Source: an uncultured Gammaproteobacteria bacterium (GTDB lineage Bacteria; Pseudomonadota; Gammaproteobacteria; Enterobacterales; UBA3532). Taken from it: a DNA stretch of 64,000 bases. Position numbers and translations under genes: made by a program. The stretch covers positions 398-64,397 of the forward strand of contig CAXFCR010000001.1 in NCBI GenBank assembly GCA_964001325.1. The letters run 5' to 3'. This document shows, piece by piece, positions 1-11,460 of the stretch; positions within the stretch are counted from its first letter, which is position 1, and each line of letters starts with the position of its first letter. Under the pieces are notes generated by a model. The model was given only the letters and a program-made list of their open reading frames with translations, was not told the DNA's origin and searched no databases.

Positions 1-1
1 G

Positions 2-418
2 GAGTGGGTGAAACCGATTATGGTGGGAGCTGCGTGTGGCGCATTTTGCCGCATGTTTGGTGCAGATGTTTTTACGTCGCTACTCACTGTTTTGGCCACC
101 ACCGTGGCGATGTTTATTCGTCATTACTTTCTAAAAAGGCACTATAACTTGCTTTTAGTGGTTGTAATTACCGCATTTAGTGCTTCAGTGATTCTTTCTG
201 TTGCTAGAAAGCTACCATTGGACTTCGATCTGGCGTTGGCTCAGTCTGCTGCCGTTCTGTGTCTGGTACCAGGAGTTCCTCTAATAAATGCAGTTACTGA
301 TTTAATCAAAGGTCATGTGACCATTGGTTTGGCAAAGGGCGTGAAGGCAACCATGATCACCATAGCTATTGCCGTAGGACTAATGATCTCATTCGCCTTT
401 GCTGGGCTGGGAGGGTAA
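2..418 (+). CDS. Threonine/serine exporter family (ThrE/YjjP-like) membrane protein, C-terminal part; the 5' end lies outside the window
   Basis: The frame is open from the window edge. The product is polytopic and hydrophobic and is immediately followed (TAA-ATG abutting) by a YjjB-like partner, the usual two-gene arrangement. Confidence 0.55.
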   Translation, partial: EWVKPIMVGAACGAFCRMFGADVFTSLLTVLATTVAMFIRHYFLKRHYNLLLVVVITAFSASVILSVARKLPLDFDLALAQSAAVLCLVPGVPLINAVTDLIKGHVTIGLAKGVKATMITIAIAVGLMISFAFAGLGG

Positions 419-877
419 ATGGCGTTGTTGCAAGACTTTATATTGGCGGCTGTCGCTGCTATTGGCTTCGGGATGCTTTTTAATATCCCTTGGCGCTTCG
501 TTGTATTTTGTGGCTTGATTGGAGGCCTAGGGCATGGTCTGCGGTTTTGGCTACATGTGAATAATGGTTTTTCACTTGAGCTGGCTACACTGGTCGGTGC
601 TACTCTCATTGGCTTCTCAAGCTATTTCCTGGGGCGGCGATTTCGTGTTCCGCAATTGATCTTCGCTATTGCTGCTGTTATCCCGATGATTCCAGGCACC
701 TATGCCTATCAAACAATGATTGGTGCGGCTGAATTGGTCAGTGAGGGTGGTGGTACTCCGGAAATGCTGGTCAATACTTCAGTAACGGCATTGAAAACGG
801 CATTTATCATAGCTGCTTTAGCGATTGGCGTTGCCGTTCCTCAGTTGGTCTTGAATAGAAAAAGCCCGATTGTTTAA
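419..877 (+). CDS. Threonine/serine exporter family protein, YjjB-like small subunit (152 aa, about 4 TM)
   Basis: Size, hydrophobic profile and pairing with the upstream ThrE-like ORF. Its start abuts the previous stop. Confidence 0.55.
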   Translation: MALLQDFILAAVAAIGFGMLFNIPWRFVVFCGLIGGLGHGLRFWLHVNNGFSLELATLVGATLIGFSSYFLGRRFRVPQLIFAIAAVIPMIPGTYAYQTMIGAAELVSEGGGTPEMLVNTSVTALKTAFIIAALAIGVAVPQLVLNRKSPIV

Positions 878-926
878 TCGGGTATATTGTTCAGTCAAGT
901 AAGCTGTCTAATCAAGAATAAAGTTG

Positions 927-975
927 TTTGGAACCTCGCCAGCCAGTCGAGCAAGCGACTGGTTGGCGGAATTTT
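927..975 (+). terminator. Putative intrinsic terminator between the convergent exporter and mdh genes
   Basis: A 13-bp stem cgccagccagtcg / cgactggttggcg (one G-U pair), followed by gaatttt. Confidence 0.4.
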
Positions 976-998
976 AGTTAACCATGTGTTTAGCTAAC

Positions 999-1976
999 TT
1001 AGAAAAGATCGCTGCAAGTCTCTTTTTCAGAAAGAAGCTCTGCTTCACTTTCTTTCATTTTTTGCTGAATGAAGTCGTCTACTTCCAGATCTGTGATAAT
1101 GGTGTAGTCGCCATTTGCACAGGTGACAGGGTATGAGTAGATAAGCCCTTCTTCGATACCATAGCTTCCGTCACTCGGTACCGCCATGCTGACCCAGTCA
1201 CCTTCTTCAGTACCCAGTACCCAGCTGTTCATATGGTCAACGATGCCATTTGCAGCAGAGGCGGCACTAGAAGCTCCGCGAGCAGCGATAACAGCAGCGC
1301 CTCGCTTAGCTACTGTTGGAATGAAGTCCCCTTGAGCCCAATCTTTTTCGACGCAGTCTAAAGCTGCTTTGCCATCAACGAGGGTATAAGTAACGTCTGG
1401 AACCTGTGTTGTTGAGTGGTTGCCCCAAATGGTCATCTTTTTAACTGAAGCAATGGGGGCCTCGGCTCGTGCAGCTAATTGGTATATTGCACGGTTGTGA
1501 TCCAAGCGGGTAAGCGCAGTAATATTGCGCTGATTCAAATCAGGTGCATTTTTGGCTAAGATGTAAGCGTTGGTATTGGCTGGGTTACCAACCACACAAA
1601 TCTTGATGTCTTTGTTAGCCACATCATTAATTACCTTGCCAAGACTACTAAAGATTCTTCCGTTGTCTTTCAGAAGATCACTACGTTCCATACCAGGGCC
1701 ACGCGGCTTGGCTCCAACCAGCAAGCCTATATCTGCATCTTTAAATGCAACAGCAGGATCGTCGGTTGTAATAATGTCAGCAACTAAAGGGAATGCACAA
1801 TCGTTTACTTCCATTGCTACTGCTTCCAACGTTTTTAATGCCGGAGTTATTTCAAGTAGTTGGAGAATGACAGGTTGATCCTTACCCAGCATATCGCCAC
1901 TAGCAATGCGGAAGATAAGCGAGTAACAAATTTGACCTGCTGCGCCTGTAATGGCTATTCGTACCGGTTGTTTCAT
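999..1976 (-). CDS. mdh: Malate dehydrogenase (LDH-like type, 325 aa)
   Basis: N-terminal Rossmann motif ITGAAGQI, the GNPANTN motif, and length typical of the approximately 326-aa MDH family. Confidence 0.93.
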   Translation of the reverse strand: MKQPVRIAITGAAGQICYSLIFRIASGDMLGKDQPVILQLLEITPALKTLEAVAMEVNDCAFPLVADIITTDDPAVAFKDADIGLLVGAKPRGPGMERSDLLKDNGRIFSSLGKVINDVANKDIKICVVGNPANTNAYILAKNAPDLNQRNITALTRLDHNRAIYQLAARAEAPIASVKKMTIWGNHSTTQVPDVTYTLVDGKAALDCVEKDWAQGDFIPTVAKRGAAVIAARGASSAASAANGIVDHMNSWVLGTEEGDWVSMAVPSDGSYGIEEGLIYSYPVTCANGDYTIITDLEVDDFIQQKMKESEAELLSEKETCSDLF

Positions 1977-2090
1977 TCTGTCTCCTGTAAAAATTTCAGT
2001 TTGTTAAATTAACCAAGGTAGATGATGTGTTACTGTGGGTAGCCTTAACTCTTTAAACCAAGATAAACAGGCTCTAATATACATCCTGTG

Positions 2091-4535
2091 CTAAAAAATA
2101 GCTTCTGTCGACTGGGTATTTTCGCCTTTGTCTTGTATCTGTGACGCTCCGAGTTGTTCCGGGAGGTTTTCTTTATTGAAGTATTCAAAAATGGCATTTT
2201 CCTGCTCATCACTAGCGCGCAAGCCGGATTGAGGATCTATTTTTACACTGACCACATTTGATGGCTGCTTCATATGAACTTCAGGACCATCGCCGACCAC
2301 TTGCTTCATGTAGTGCATCCAAATAGGTAAGGCTGCTTTACTACCGTATTCACGACGTCCGAGCGAGCGGCTGTGATCGTCGAAACCAACCCAGGCTGTG
2401 GCTACTATACCGCCAGTATATCCCGAAAACCAAGCATCTCTAGCGTTGTTGGTTGTTCCTGTTTTGCCCGCTAGATCACTACGTTTCAATGCTTTGGCAC
2501 GTGTTGCGGTGCCTCGGCGAACGACGTCTTTTAACAGGTTGTCAATTAGAAAGGCGGTATCCTGAGCCATAACGCGTTTCGCTCGTTGTTGTTCTGGTAC
2601 AAGTGACTGGCAAACAGGGGGAAGGTCATCTGCATCATCCGCAGATGCGCTTTTTGCTGTTTCACATAATGCTTGTTGAGATGCATACGGCAAGCAGTTA
2701 GTACAAACCTGAACGGGCGCGCTTTGATAAAGCACATTGCCATCTGTATCGGTGACTCTATCAATCAAAGTAGGCTCAACTTTATAGCCGCCATTGGCGA
2801 GAGTCGCATAGTGAGAAACCAGTTCTAAGGGGGTGATGGACATGGTGCCTAAAGCGAGTGTCGCATTACGAGGAAGCTCTGATCGCTCAAAGCCTAAACT
2901 TTCAAGGTAATTTATTGCGTGCTCTATCCCCATGGCCTCGAGTAGCCTGACTGACACAAGGTTCGTGGAGTTTCTCAGCGCAACACGCAGCCTTGTTGGG
3001 CCTCGGAATTTCCCGCCAGCATTTTCTGGTCTCCACTCTGCTTCCAGCTGCTGATCGTAAAAGCTAATCGGTGCGTCATTGATGAGGCTTGCCGGAGTAA
3101 ACCCCTTGTCGAAGGCAGCAGCGTATACAAATGGCTTGATATTTGAACCTGGTTGGCGGAGAGCTTGGGTGGCTCGGTTAAACTTACTTTCGAAGTAGTC
3201 ATAGCCACCAACCAAGGCCTTTACGTACCCAGTATAAGGGTCCATAGCAACGAAAGCGCCTTGTACCTCTGGTAGTTGCCCAAGCTGCCATGATTCGCCC
3301 TCTTGGTAGACGTAGACAATATCACCTTGTGATAACACATCGCTGGCTTGCTTCGGCGCGTTACCATATCTGTTATCACTAATATATTTCTTAGCCCAGC
3401 TGATTCCTGTCCATTCTAGGGATATTTGCAAAGAATCTCTGGTCAAGAGCGTTGCTGACTTATCCTTTACCTCGATGACAATGGCTGGTTGCAAGGAGCC
3501 AATCCGAGCAATAGTATTCAATTGAGCTATACGTTCATCGTTATCCTGGCTCGACACCTGACTGATTGGCCCTTTATAACCATGGCGCCGATCATATTCT
3601 TGAAGGCCTTTGTGCATTGCGTCAATGGCTGATCGTTGTGAGGCGCTATCCATTGATAGATAAAGTTCGTATCCATCGGTAAAGGCTATCTCGCCAAAAG
3701 TCTCTTTGGCGAAGCGGCGACCAATTTCTGCAATATAGGGAGCACTATAGGCAATTTCTGATCCGTGGTAGTAAGTTGCCACCGGGGCATCTAATGCGTT
3801 GCGGTATTCGTCCTCTGAAATGACTTCTTCTACGTACAATCTGCGCAACACGTGCCTTCTGCGCTCTTTAGCACGCTCTGGATGGCTGATAGGGTTATAG
3901 GTCGAAGGGGCTTTGGGTAATCCTGCAATGATAGCCATTTCTGGCAGGGTTAATTCATTAACATCTTTACCGTAATATACTTGAGCGGCAGCACCGATAC
4001 CGTAGGCTCTATGGCCAAGGAATATTTTGTTGAGATAGAGTTCAAGAATTTCGTCTTTGGACAATACCTGCTCTATTCTTATCGCAAGAATAATTTCTCT
4101 AAGTTTGCGGGAGATGGTCCTTTCTCGAGTCAAAAAGAAATTACGTGCTACTTGCATGGTAATGGTACTTGCACCTTGGCGAGGGCTATTCGTTAAAATA
4201 TCAGCAACAATTGCGCGCAAAATCCCTTTGAAGTCGACGCCAATATGGTAGTAAAAACGCTGGTCTTCAGTGACTAGAAATGCATCAATCAGTCTTGCTG
4301 GGGTGTTTTCGATCGGAACAGGTATACGCTTTTTTTCTCCATGCTCCGCAATCAAATCCCCGTCTCGCGAATATATTCTCAACGGTGTTTGTAATCGCGT
4401 ATCTTTAAGCGTTTCTACGTCAGGTAAGTCCTTGGCGTAGTGGCGATAAACGAAATAACCTGCAATGGCGCCAGTAATCATTCCAACCAAGCAGAGGATA
4501 AGAAACCAGCGTAAAATAGTTAAAAAGCGTTGCAT
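2091..4535 (-). CDS. mrcA: Penicillin-binding protein 1A (bifunctional transglycosylase/transpeptidase)
   Basis: N-terminal TM, glycosyltransferase-51 motifs (EDQRFYYH, RKLREI), and transpeptidase SxxK (GSNIKP) and KTGT motifs. It is divergent from pilM, as ponA is in Pseudomonas. Confidence 0.95.
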   Translation of the reverse strand: MQRFLTILRWFLILCLVGMITGAIAGYFVYRHYAKDLPDVETLKDTRLQTPLRIYSRDGDLIAEHGEKKRIPVPIENTPARLIDAFLVTEDQRFYYHIGVDFKGILRAIVADILTNSPRQGASTITMQVARNFFLTRERTISRKLREIILAIRIEQVLSKDEILELYLNKIFLGHRAYGIGAAAQVYYGKDVNELTLPEMAIIAGLPKAPSTYNPISHPERAKERRRHVLRRLYVEEVISEDEYRNALDAPVATYYHGSEIAYSAPYIAEIGRRFAKETFGEIAFTDGYELYLSMDSASQRSAIDAMHKGLQEYDRRHGYKGPISQVSSQDNDERIAQLNTIARIGSLQPAIVIEVKDKSATLLTRDSLQISLEWTGISWAKKYISDNRYGNAPKQASDVLSQGDIVYVYQEGESWQLGQLPEVQGAFVAMDPYTGYVKALVGGYDYFESKFNRATQALRQPGSNIKPFVYAAAFDKGFTPASLINDAPISFYDQQLEAEWRPENAGGKFRGPTRLRVALRNSTNLVSVRLLEAMGIEHAINYLESLGFERSELPRNATLALGTMSITPLELVSHYATLANGGYKVEPTLIDRVTDTDGNVLYQSAPVQVCTNCLPYASQQALCETAKSASADDADDLPPVCQSLVPEQQRAKRVMAQDTAFLIDNLLKDVVRRGTATRAKALKRSDLAGKTGTTNNARDAWFSGYTGGIVATAWVGFDDHSRSLGRREYGSKAALPIWMHYMKQVVGDGPEVHMKQPSNVVSVKIDPQSGLRASDEQENAIFEYFNKENLPEQLGASQIQDKGENTQSTEAIF

Positions 4536-4742
4536 ATGTTATGAAAAGTTGTCCTTTGGCTCTGAGATACGAAAAAAGGCCATTAATTTGCGAACGTAGT
4601 ATACCTGTAAAAGTTCAACTTTGTTCAAAATTTGCTATATTTTCCTTGATACTGTGTGAAGACTTGCCATAATGTTCACTAGAGCAGAAATGCCAAAAGC
4701 TTTACAACAATAAATAACAACTAATAACCTAGCGAGCGGTGA

Positions 4743-5800
<1,058 letters not shown>

Positions 5801-5801
<1 letters not shown>

Positions 5802-6358
5802 TGGCAAATATAAACCTGCTACCTTGGCGTGAAGAGCGTCGGCGAGAGCTGCAAAATCAGTATCTGACTCAGCTCGGTGTAAGTGTCGTTGTAGCTGCGC
5901 TAATCGCGTTCGGCGGATTCAGCTTTGTGCAAGGTCAAATCAACAACCAGAACGCAAGAAATAAGTTCCTTGAGCAAGAAATTGCCGTATTAGATAAGCA
6001 GATTAAAGAAATACAGGAACTGGAGAAAAAGCGTGAAGAGCTTGAAACTCGAATGAATATCATCCAACAACTTGAAAAAAGCCGTCCTGAGATTGTACGT
6101 CTTTTCGATGAGATGGTTCGGGTCATGCCTAGCGAAGTATCAGTTTCTGAGATTTCCCGTAACCAGCAGACATTGGTGGTTAAGGGGCTGGCTGGAGCAA
6201 ATACTCGTGTAGCCAAATTTATGCGAAACCTCGATGAATCAGAGGTCTACGGCAAACCGGATTTGAAGTTTATTTCTCAACAGAAAAATGATGAAGCGCT
6301 AAATAACTATGAGCTAACCGTGTCTCTTGCAAAATCTGAGACGGATAAAGATGAATAA
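5801..6358 (+). CDS. pilN: Type IV pilus inner-membrane component PilN
   Basis: The INLLPWRE N-terminal motif, one TM and a coiled coil. The likely start ATG at 5801 overlaps the pilM stop by 1 nt; the tracked ORF start at 5768 is probably too early. Confidence 0.9.
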
Positions 6359-6379
6359 CAAAAGTGGGGTTTAGCATCT

Positions 6380-6973
6380 ATGGATATAGGACAAGAGATT
6401 CAGAAGTTAAATGAGCTAGACTTCAATAATATGGGGTCTTGGCCATTTTTTGGTCGCTTATTTGTCATTCTAGTCGGAATGGCGGCAGTTATTGGGGCGG
6501 GGTATTGGTTTTTTGTTAAAGACAAGTTGGTAGAACTCGATAGCGTGCAGAAAAAAGAGAGTGAGCTTAGAGCCGTTTTCGAAACCAAACAAAAGAAAGC
6601 AGCTAACCTGGAAGCTTACAGAGCACAAATGAAAGATATGGAGGAAAGCTTCAGCGTCTTACTCCAACAGTTGCCAAAGAAAACAGAAGTTCCTGGATTG
6701 CTGGAAGACATATCCTATGTTGGTGCAACCAGCGGTTTAAGTTTTAATAAAATTCAACTGCAAGGTGAGCGTAGCGTTGATTTTTATAAGGAGCTTCCTA
6801 TCGAAATTCAAGTTAGTGGCAACTATCATTCCATCGGGGACTTTGTTAGTGAGGTTGCGCAATTACCTCGGATTGTTACCCTGCATAATTTTAAATTATC
6901 AAAATCGAAGAATAGCGATGAATTAGACATGTCTATCACGGCAAAGACTTATCGTTATGACTCTGAAGGGTGA
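6380..6973 (+). CDS. pilO: Type IV pilus inner-membrane component PilO
   Basis: 197 aa with a single TM and coiled coil, in the expected position within the cluster. Confidence 0.88.
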   Translation: MDIGQEIQKLNELDFNNMGSWPFFGRLFVILVGMAAVIGAGYWFFVKDKLVELDSVQKKESELRAVFETKQKKAANLEAYRAQMKDMEESFSVLLQQLPKKTEVPGLLEDISYVGATSGLSFNKIQLQGERSVDFYKELPIEIQVSGNYHSIGDFVSEVAQLPRIVTLHNFKLSKSKNSDELDMSITAKTYRYDSEG

Positions 6974-7512
6974 TAATAATGAATGTAAAAATGATTAAAG
7001 TTGTTACTCTGCTGGGCTTGTCGGTGTTGTTTACTGGTTGCTTACAGGATGATATGTCTGATCTAAAGAGCTATGTATCAGACATTAAAAAGCGGCCAGG
7101 TGGTCCAATACCAAAGATTCCTGAAATCAAAACGTTTCCGGGGTTTGAATACGCAGCTTCTGACTTGAGAAGCCCCTTTGTTCACAACGAGCCTGAGGAG
7201 CAACCTCTGACCGAAGGTGGACCGACAGAATGCCCTCACCCTGACAAGGATAGACCTAAGGAAGAGTTGGAGCGGTTCGAAATCGACACCTTGGCTATGG
7301 CCGGAACTGTTAGTGTAGGGGACGGATATTATGGCTTGGTGAAAGACAAAGAGGGAATCGTCTATAAAGTCCAAGTAAGTAATCACCTAGGAAGGAATAA
7401 CGGAATGATCTCTGAGATTACTGAAACTACTATCGATATTGTCGAAATTGTTCCGGATGGCAAAGGTTGTTGGAAAGAGCGATTAGTTACCCTAACGTTG
7501 GCAGAAGAGTAG
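6970..7512 (+). CDS. pilP: Type IV pilus lipoprotein PilP
   Basis: Lipobox LFTGC after a signal peptide, and position between pilO and pilQ. The start may be 6979 or 6991. Confidence 0.85.
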   Translation: MIIMNVKMIKVVTLLGLSVLFTGCLQDDMSDLKSYVSDIKKRPGGPIPKIPEIKTFPGFEYAASDLRSPFVHNEPEEQPLTEGGPTECPHPDKDRPKEELERFEIDTLAMAGTVSVGDGYYGLVKDKEGIVYKVQVSNHLGRNNGMISEITETTIDIVEIVPDGKGCWKERLVTLTLAEE

Positions 7513-7529
7513 CCAGGAGTATATTAGCA

Positions 7530-9752
7530 ATGAGCAGCAAGGCTATGATTAATAAAAAATTCAGAAAAACAAAACACCAATGCTTGGCCCTCTTGACCAG
7601 TTTGGCTACATCAGTCGGTTTGGTGGACGCTGCAGTCCTAGAGTCTGTAGACTATAATGTACTGCCGGGAGATCAGGTCTCTTTTACCTTGTCTCTGGAC
7701 GAGAGTACGCAGGAACCGAGAATATTCACGACGGAGAACCCCGCACGAATTGTCTTGGATTTTGAGGGCGTTTCTAGTGCGGTTCGCCTAAAAACTCAAA
7801 GCGTTAATGTTGGAGCAACCCAAAATATCACCGCCGTAGAGGCTGGTGGTAAAACAAGGGTTGTCGTCGGGTTATCGAATATGGTGCCTTACGCAACTCA
7901 AGCAGATGGCGCCAGTTATAAATTGGTTGTTGGGGGAAGTAACCCTGACAAAAATGTTTCTGGAGGCAGTGACGTCGCTCAACCTGTAAAAGTCTCTTCT
8001 GCTTCTAAGGTACTGCCAGCCAATAAGGCAATGCCAGCCAAAGCGGAGAATGAAACTTACTCGAATCATGATATACAGGCCTTTGATTTCAGGAGAGGTG
8101 AGGCCGGAAGTGGCCGTGTAATGGTTACATTGCGCAATACCACTGTGACCGCTGATATGCGCCAGGAAGGGGGCGCTGTAGTTGTTGATTTTCCTGATGC
8201 CAATGCAAACCCTGATTTGCTGAGAAGATTGGATGTTACTGATTTTGCTACTCCGGTTGGTACTATTCAGTTTAAGGGGCGCCAGAATGGTACTCGCTTA
8301 GTAATAGACCCAATTGAGGACTACACTCACATTGCTTACCAGTCGGGCAATACCTTCATTGTTGAAGTTAAGCCTCTGACTGAGGAAGAGGAAGACATAA
8401 GAGCCCAAGCTGAGTTTCAGTATACTGGCGAGAAAATGTCATTAAATTTCCAAGATATTGAGGTAAGGGCGGTTTTGCAGTTGATTGCTGATTTGACTGA
8501 GCTAAACCTTGTGGCGAGTGACTCTGTTAATGGTCGTATAACATTGCGTCTAAATAACGTTCCTTGGGACCAGGCACTGGATATTATTCTTAAAACTAAA
8601 GGGCTTGATAAGCGCCAGAATGGTAATGTGCTAATGGTCGCGCCAACAGATGAGTTAGCTGCTCAAGAGCGACAATTGGCTGAGGCTACTCAACAACAAG
8701 AGCAGATTGCTCAGTTATATACAGAGTATATAGAAATTAATTATGCGAATGCAGCGGAAATCAAGGCCTTGCTTGAGGATGAAGGTGGCTCTTCTGGAGG
8801 TGGAGGAGAAGAAAGTGACGGTGGTGGACTGCTTTCAGCTCGCGGTACCGTGAATGTTGATGCAAGAACCAACACCTTGATTGTGCGAGAAACTGCCGAT
8901 AGATTAAGCGAAATACGTACACTTATTCGTCAAATCGACATTCCTGTTGAGCAAGTTTTGATCGAGTCACGCATTGTAGTAGCAACTGAAGAATTTACCG
9001 AAGAGTTTGGTGCGCGACTTGGTCTCAGTGGAACACAAATAGGTACCAATACCAACTACTCCAGTGCCGGTAACTTGACGTCTGCAAATGAGTTTATCAA
9101 CGGATTCCGTCAACTTGACTTAACGGGAGAAGGCTTTGAATTCGATCCTAACGACTCTTTGAATGTCAACTTACCTGCTGCAAACCCGCAAGCGTCGAGT
9201 ATAGGGTTTGAGTTGTGGCGTTTAGGTGATAACTTGTTATTGGACTTGGAATTGTCTGCTCTAGAAACTGAAGGTGCTGGTGAAGTTGTCGGGAGTCCTA
9301 AGCTGCTCACCGCCGACAAACAAGAAGCATACATCGAAGCCGGTGAAGAAATACCTTACCCTGTTGCAACGGCTAGCGGGGCTACTGCGATAGCGTTTAA
9401 GAAAGCAGTACTTAGTCTAAAAGTTACTCCCCAAATTACCTCTGATGAGCGAATCATTATGGATTTGGTAGTAAATCAGGATACTAGGGGAACAAATGTT
9501 GCTATCGGTAATGGTCAGTTTGTAACTATTAATACGCAAGAGATTGCGACGCAAGTACTGGTTGATAATGGCGAAACTATTGTGTTAGGCGGCGTATTCA
9601 CTCAAACTAAGAACAATAGCTTGGATAAAACCCCTTTGCTTGGTGATCTACCTGCAGTAGGGTGGCTATTTAAACGTAAGTCTAAGATAGATGATAAACG
9701 TGAATTGCTGATCTTTATTACACCGAAGATTATTGATCAAGCGCTCAATTAG
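7530..9752 (+). CDS. pilQ: Type IV pilus secretin PilQ
   Basis: Signal peptide, AMIN-like N-terminal region, secretin C-terminal domain (VLGGVF...PLLGDLP..LF), and a Gly/Ser/Glu-rich insert. The ATG at 7530 is preferred over the tracked 7467 start, which overlaps pilP. Confidence 0.93.
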   Translation: MSSKAMINKKFRKTKHQCLALLTSLATSVGLVDAAVLESVDYNVLPGDQVSFTLSLDESTQEPRIFTTENPARIVLDFEGVSSAVRLKTQSVNVGATQNITAVEAGGKTRVVVGLSNMVPYATQADGASYKLVVGGSNPDKNVSGGSDVAQPVKVSSASKVLPANKAMPAKAENETYSNHDIQAFDFRRGEAGSGRVMVTLRNTTVTADMRQEGGAVVVDFPDANANPDLLRRLDVTDFATPVGTIQFKGRQNGTRLVIDPIEDYTHIAYQSGNTFIVEVKPLTEEEEDIRAQAEFQYTGEKMSLNFQDIEVRAVLQLIADLTELNLVASDSVNGRITLRLNNVPWDQALDIILKTKGLDKRQNGNVLMVAPTDELAAQERQLAEATQQQEQIAQLYTEYIEINYANAAEIKALLEDEGGSSGGGGEESDGGGLLSARGTVNVDARTNTLIVRETADRLSEIRTLIRQIDIPVEQVLIESRIVVATEEFTEEFGARLGLSGTQIGTNTNYSSAGNLTSANEFINGFRQLDLTGEGFEFDPNDSLNVNLPAANPQASSIGFELWRLGDNLLLDLELSALETEGAGEVVGSPKLLTADKQEAYIEAGEEIPYPVATASGATAIAFKKAVLSLKVTPQITSDERIIMDLVVNQDTRGTNVAIGNGQFVTINTQEIATQVLVDNGETIVLGGVFTQTKNNSLDKTPLLGDLPAVGWLFKRKSKIDDKRELLIFITPKIIDQALN

Positions 9753-9773
9753 TAGCTCTCAAGCGATAGCGTT

Positions 9774-9806
9774 AAAAACGCTGACTATTTCATAGTCAGC
9801 GTTTTT
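9774..9806 (+). terminator. Intrinsic terminator after pilQ
   Basis: Stem acgctgactat / atagtcagcgt with loop ttc, followed by a T5 run. Confidence 0.7.
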
Positions 9807-9847
9807 AGTTTCTAGATACTTAACAATTTCAATTGACGAATAGGTAA

Positions 9848-10369
9848 ATGCTAGGACGAAAAAATATATTTCTTATTGGCCCGATGGGCGCAGGTAAAAG
9901 TACCATAGGGAAACAGCTTGCTAAGCAACTTCGGTTAGATTTTGTCGATTCAGATAAAGAAATCGAAAAACGCACTGGAGCAGATATCTCTTGGATATTC
10001 GATGTCGAAGGGGAAGCCGGTTTTCGTAAGCGCGAGACCCAGATGATCGATGAGTTGACCTTGCGTCAAGGTGTCGTTCTGGCGACTGGAGGTGGCGCAA
10101 TAATATCTGCTGATAACCGGCGTTTTTTGAGCGCCCGTGGCACAGTTGTGTATCTAAAGGCTACCATTGATCAGCAGGTTGAGCGTACTTGGCGTGATAA
10201 ATCGCGTCCTTTGTTACAAACAGACGACCCCAAGCAGACGTTAATCGATCTAATGGATAAACGTGGCCCTCTTTATGAGGAAGTGGCAGATATTGTGATG
10301 GAAACTGATGAGCAAGGAATTCGCACTGTTTCATCTAAGATTATTAATCAATTGGAAAATCTCGCGTAA
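9848..10369 (+). CDS. aroK: Shikimate kinase
   Basis: Walker A motif GPMGAGKST, 173 aa, directly upstream of aroB. Confidence 0.95.
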   Translation: MLGRKNIFLIGPMGAGKSTIGKQLAKQLRLDFVDSDKEIEKRTGADISWIFDVEGEAGFRKRETQMIDELTLRQGVVLATGGGAIISADNRRFLSARGTVVYLKATIDQQVERTWRDKSRPLLQTDDPKQTLIDLMDKRGPLYEEVADIVMETDEQGIRTVSSKIINQLENLA

Positions 10370-11457
10370 TGCAAACTATCAATGTCGATTTGGGTGAGCG
10401 CTCTTACCCCATTTACATCGGCTCTAGTCTTTATAATGAGCTAGGGCTTTATGTTGAGCATGTTCGTGGCAATCAAATAGCAATCGTAACTAACGAAACT
10501 ATCGCACCTCTTTATTTAGAAAGCCTTAATGCTACATTAACTGATAGTGGAAAGTTTAAGGTTGTTGATAGCATTATTTTGCCTGATGGTGAAGAGTACA
10601 AATCGTTGAGCACGCTCGATAATATCTTTTCCGAGCTTCTGAAGCAAAAACACAATCGCACTACAACGGTCGTTGCTTTAGGGGGAGGAGTGATCGGTGA
10701 TATGGCAGGCTTTGCCGCAGCATGCTATCAGCGTGGCGTTGATTTTATCCAAGTGCCTACTACGCTACTATCTATGGTCGATTCATCCGTTGGCGGGAAA
10801 ACTGCGGTTAATCACCCATTGGGCAAGAATATGATTGGAGCGTTTTATCAGCCAAGAGCAGTTATTGCGGATTTGCTAGTGCTAGAAACCCTTGAGCAAC
10901 GAGAGCTGTCTGCAGGTCTTGCTGAAGTGATTAAATATGGAATTATTTACGACCAAAATTTCTTCGATTGGCTTGAAAAGAATATTGGTAAGCTAATCGC
11001 CCTTGACCCTGAAGCATTGATATTCGCAATTAAGCGCTCTTGTCAGATTAAGGCTGAGATAGTGGCTCAGGATGAAAAAGAGCACGGTTCCCGAGCCCTA
11101 CTAAATTTAGGGCATACATTTGGCCACGCTATTGAGACTGCTCTTGGCTATGGTGTCATGCTTCATGGTGAAGCCGTGGCTGTGGGCACCCATATTGCTG
11201 CATTGACGTCTGAGTCGTTAGGGCTAATCACAAAGGAGATGGTCAAGCGGATCAAAGACCTATTAGTCGCTGCGCAGCTACCGATATATGTACCAGGAAA
11301 TATATCTAATGAACGTTTTTTCGAGCTAATGGCTGTAGATAAAAAGGTTTTGGATGGCACGTTACGACTCATATTGCCGACGAGTATTGGTACGTCAAAA
11401 ATAGCGGAGAATGTTGATCGGCTATTAATCGATAGGGCGATAGACGCGGCTAGATAA
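10369..11457 (+). CDS. aroB: 3-dehydroquinate synthase
   Basis: The [14 protein letters not shown] and HGEAVA motifs, 362 aa. The start overlaps the aroK stop. Confidence 0.95.
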   Translation: MQTINVDLGERSYPIYIGSSLYNELGLYVEHVRGNQIAIVTNETIAPLYLESLNATLTDSGKFKVVDSIILPDGEEYKSLSTLDNIFSELLKQKHNRTTTVVALGGGVIGDMAGFAAACYQRGVDFIQVPTTLLSMVDSSVGGKTAVNHPLGKNMIGAFYQPRAVIADLLVLETLEQRELSAGLAEVIKYGIIYDQNFFDWLEKNIGKLIALDPEALIFAIKRSCQIKAEIVAQDEKEHGSRALLNLGHTFGHAIETALGYGVMLHGEAVAVGTHIAALTSESLGLITKEMVKRIKDLLVAAQLPIYVPGNISNERFFELMAVDKKVLDGTLRLILPTSIGTSKIAENVDRLLIDRAIDAAR

Positions 11458-11460
11458 TCT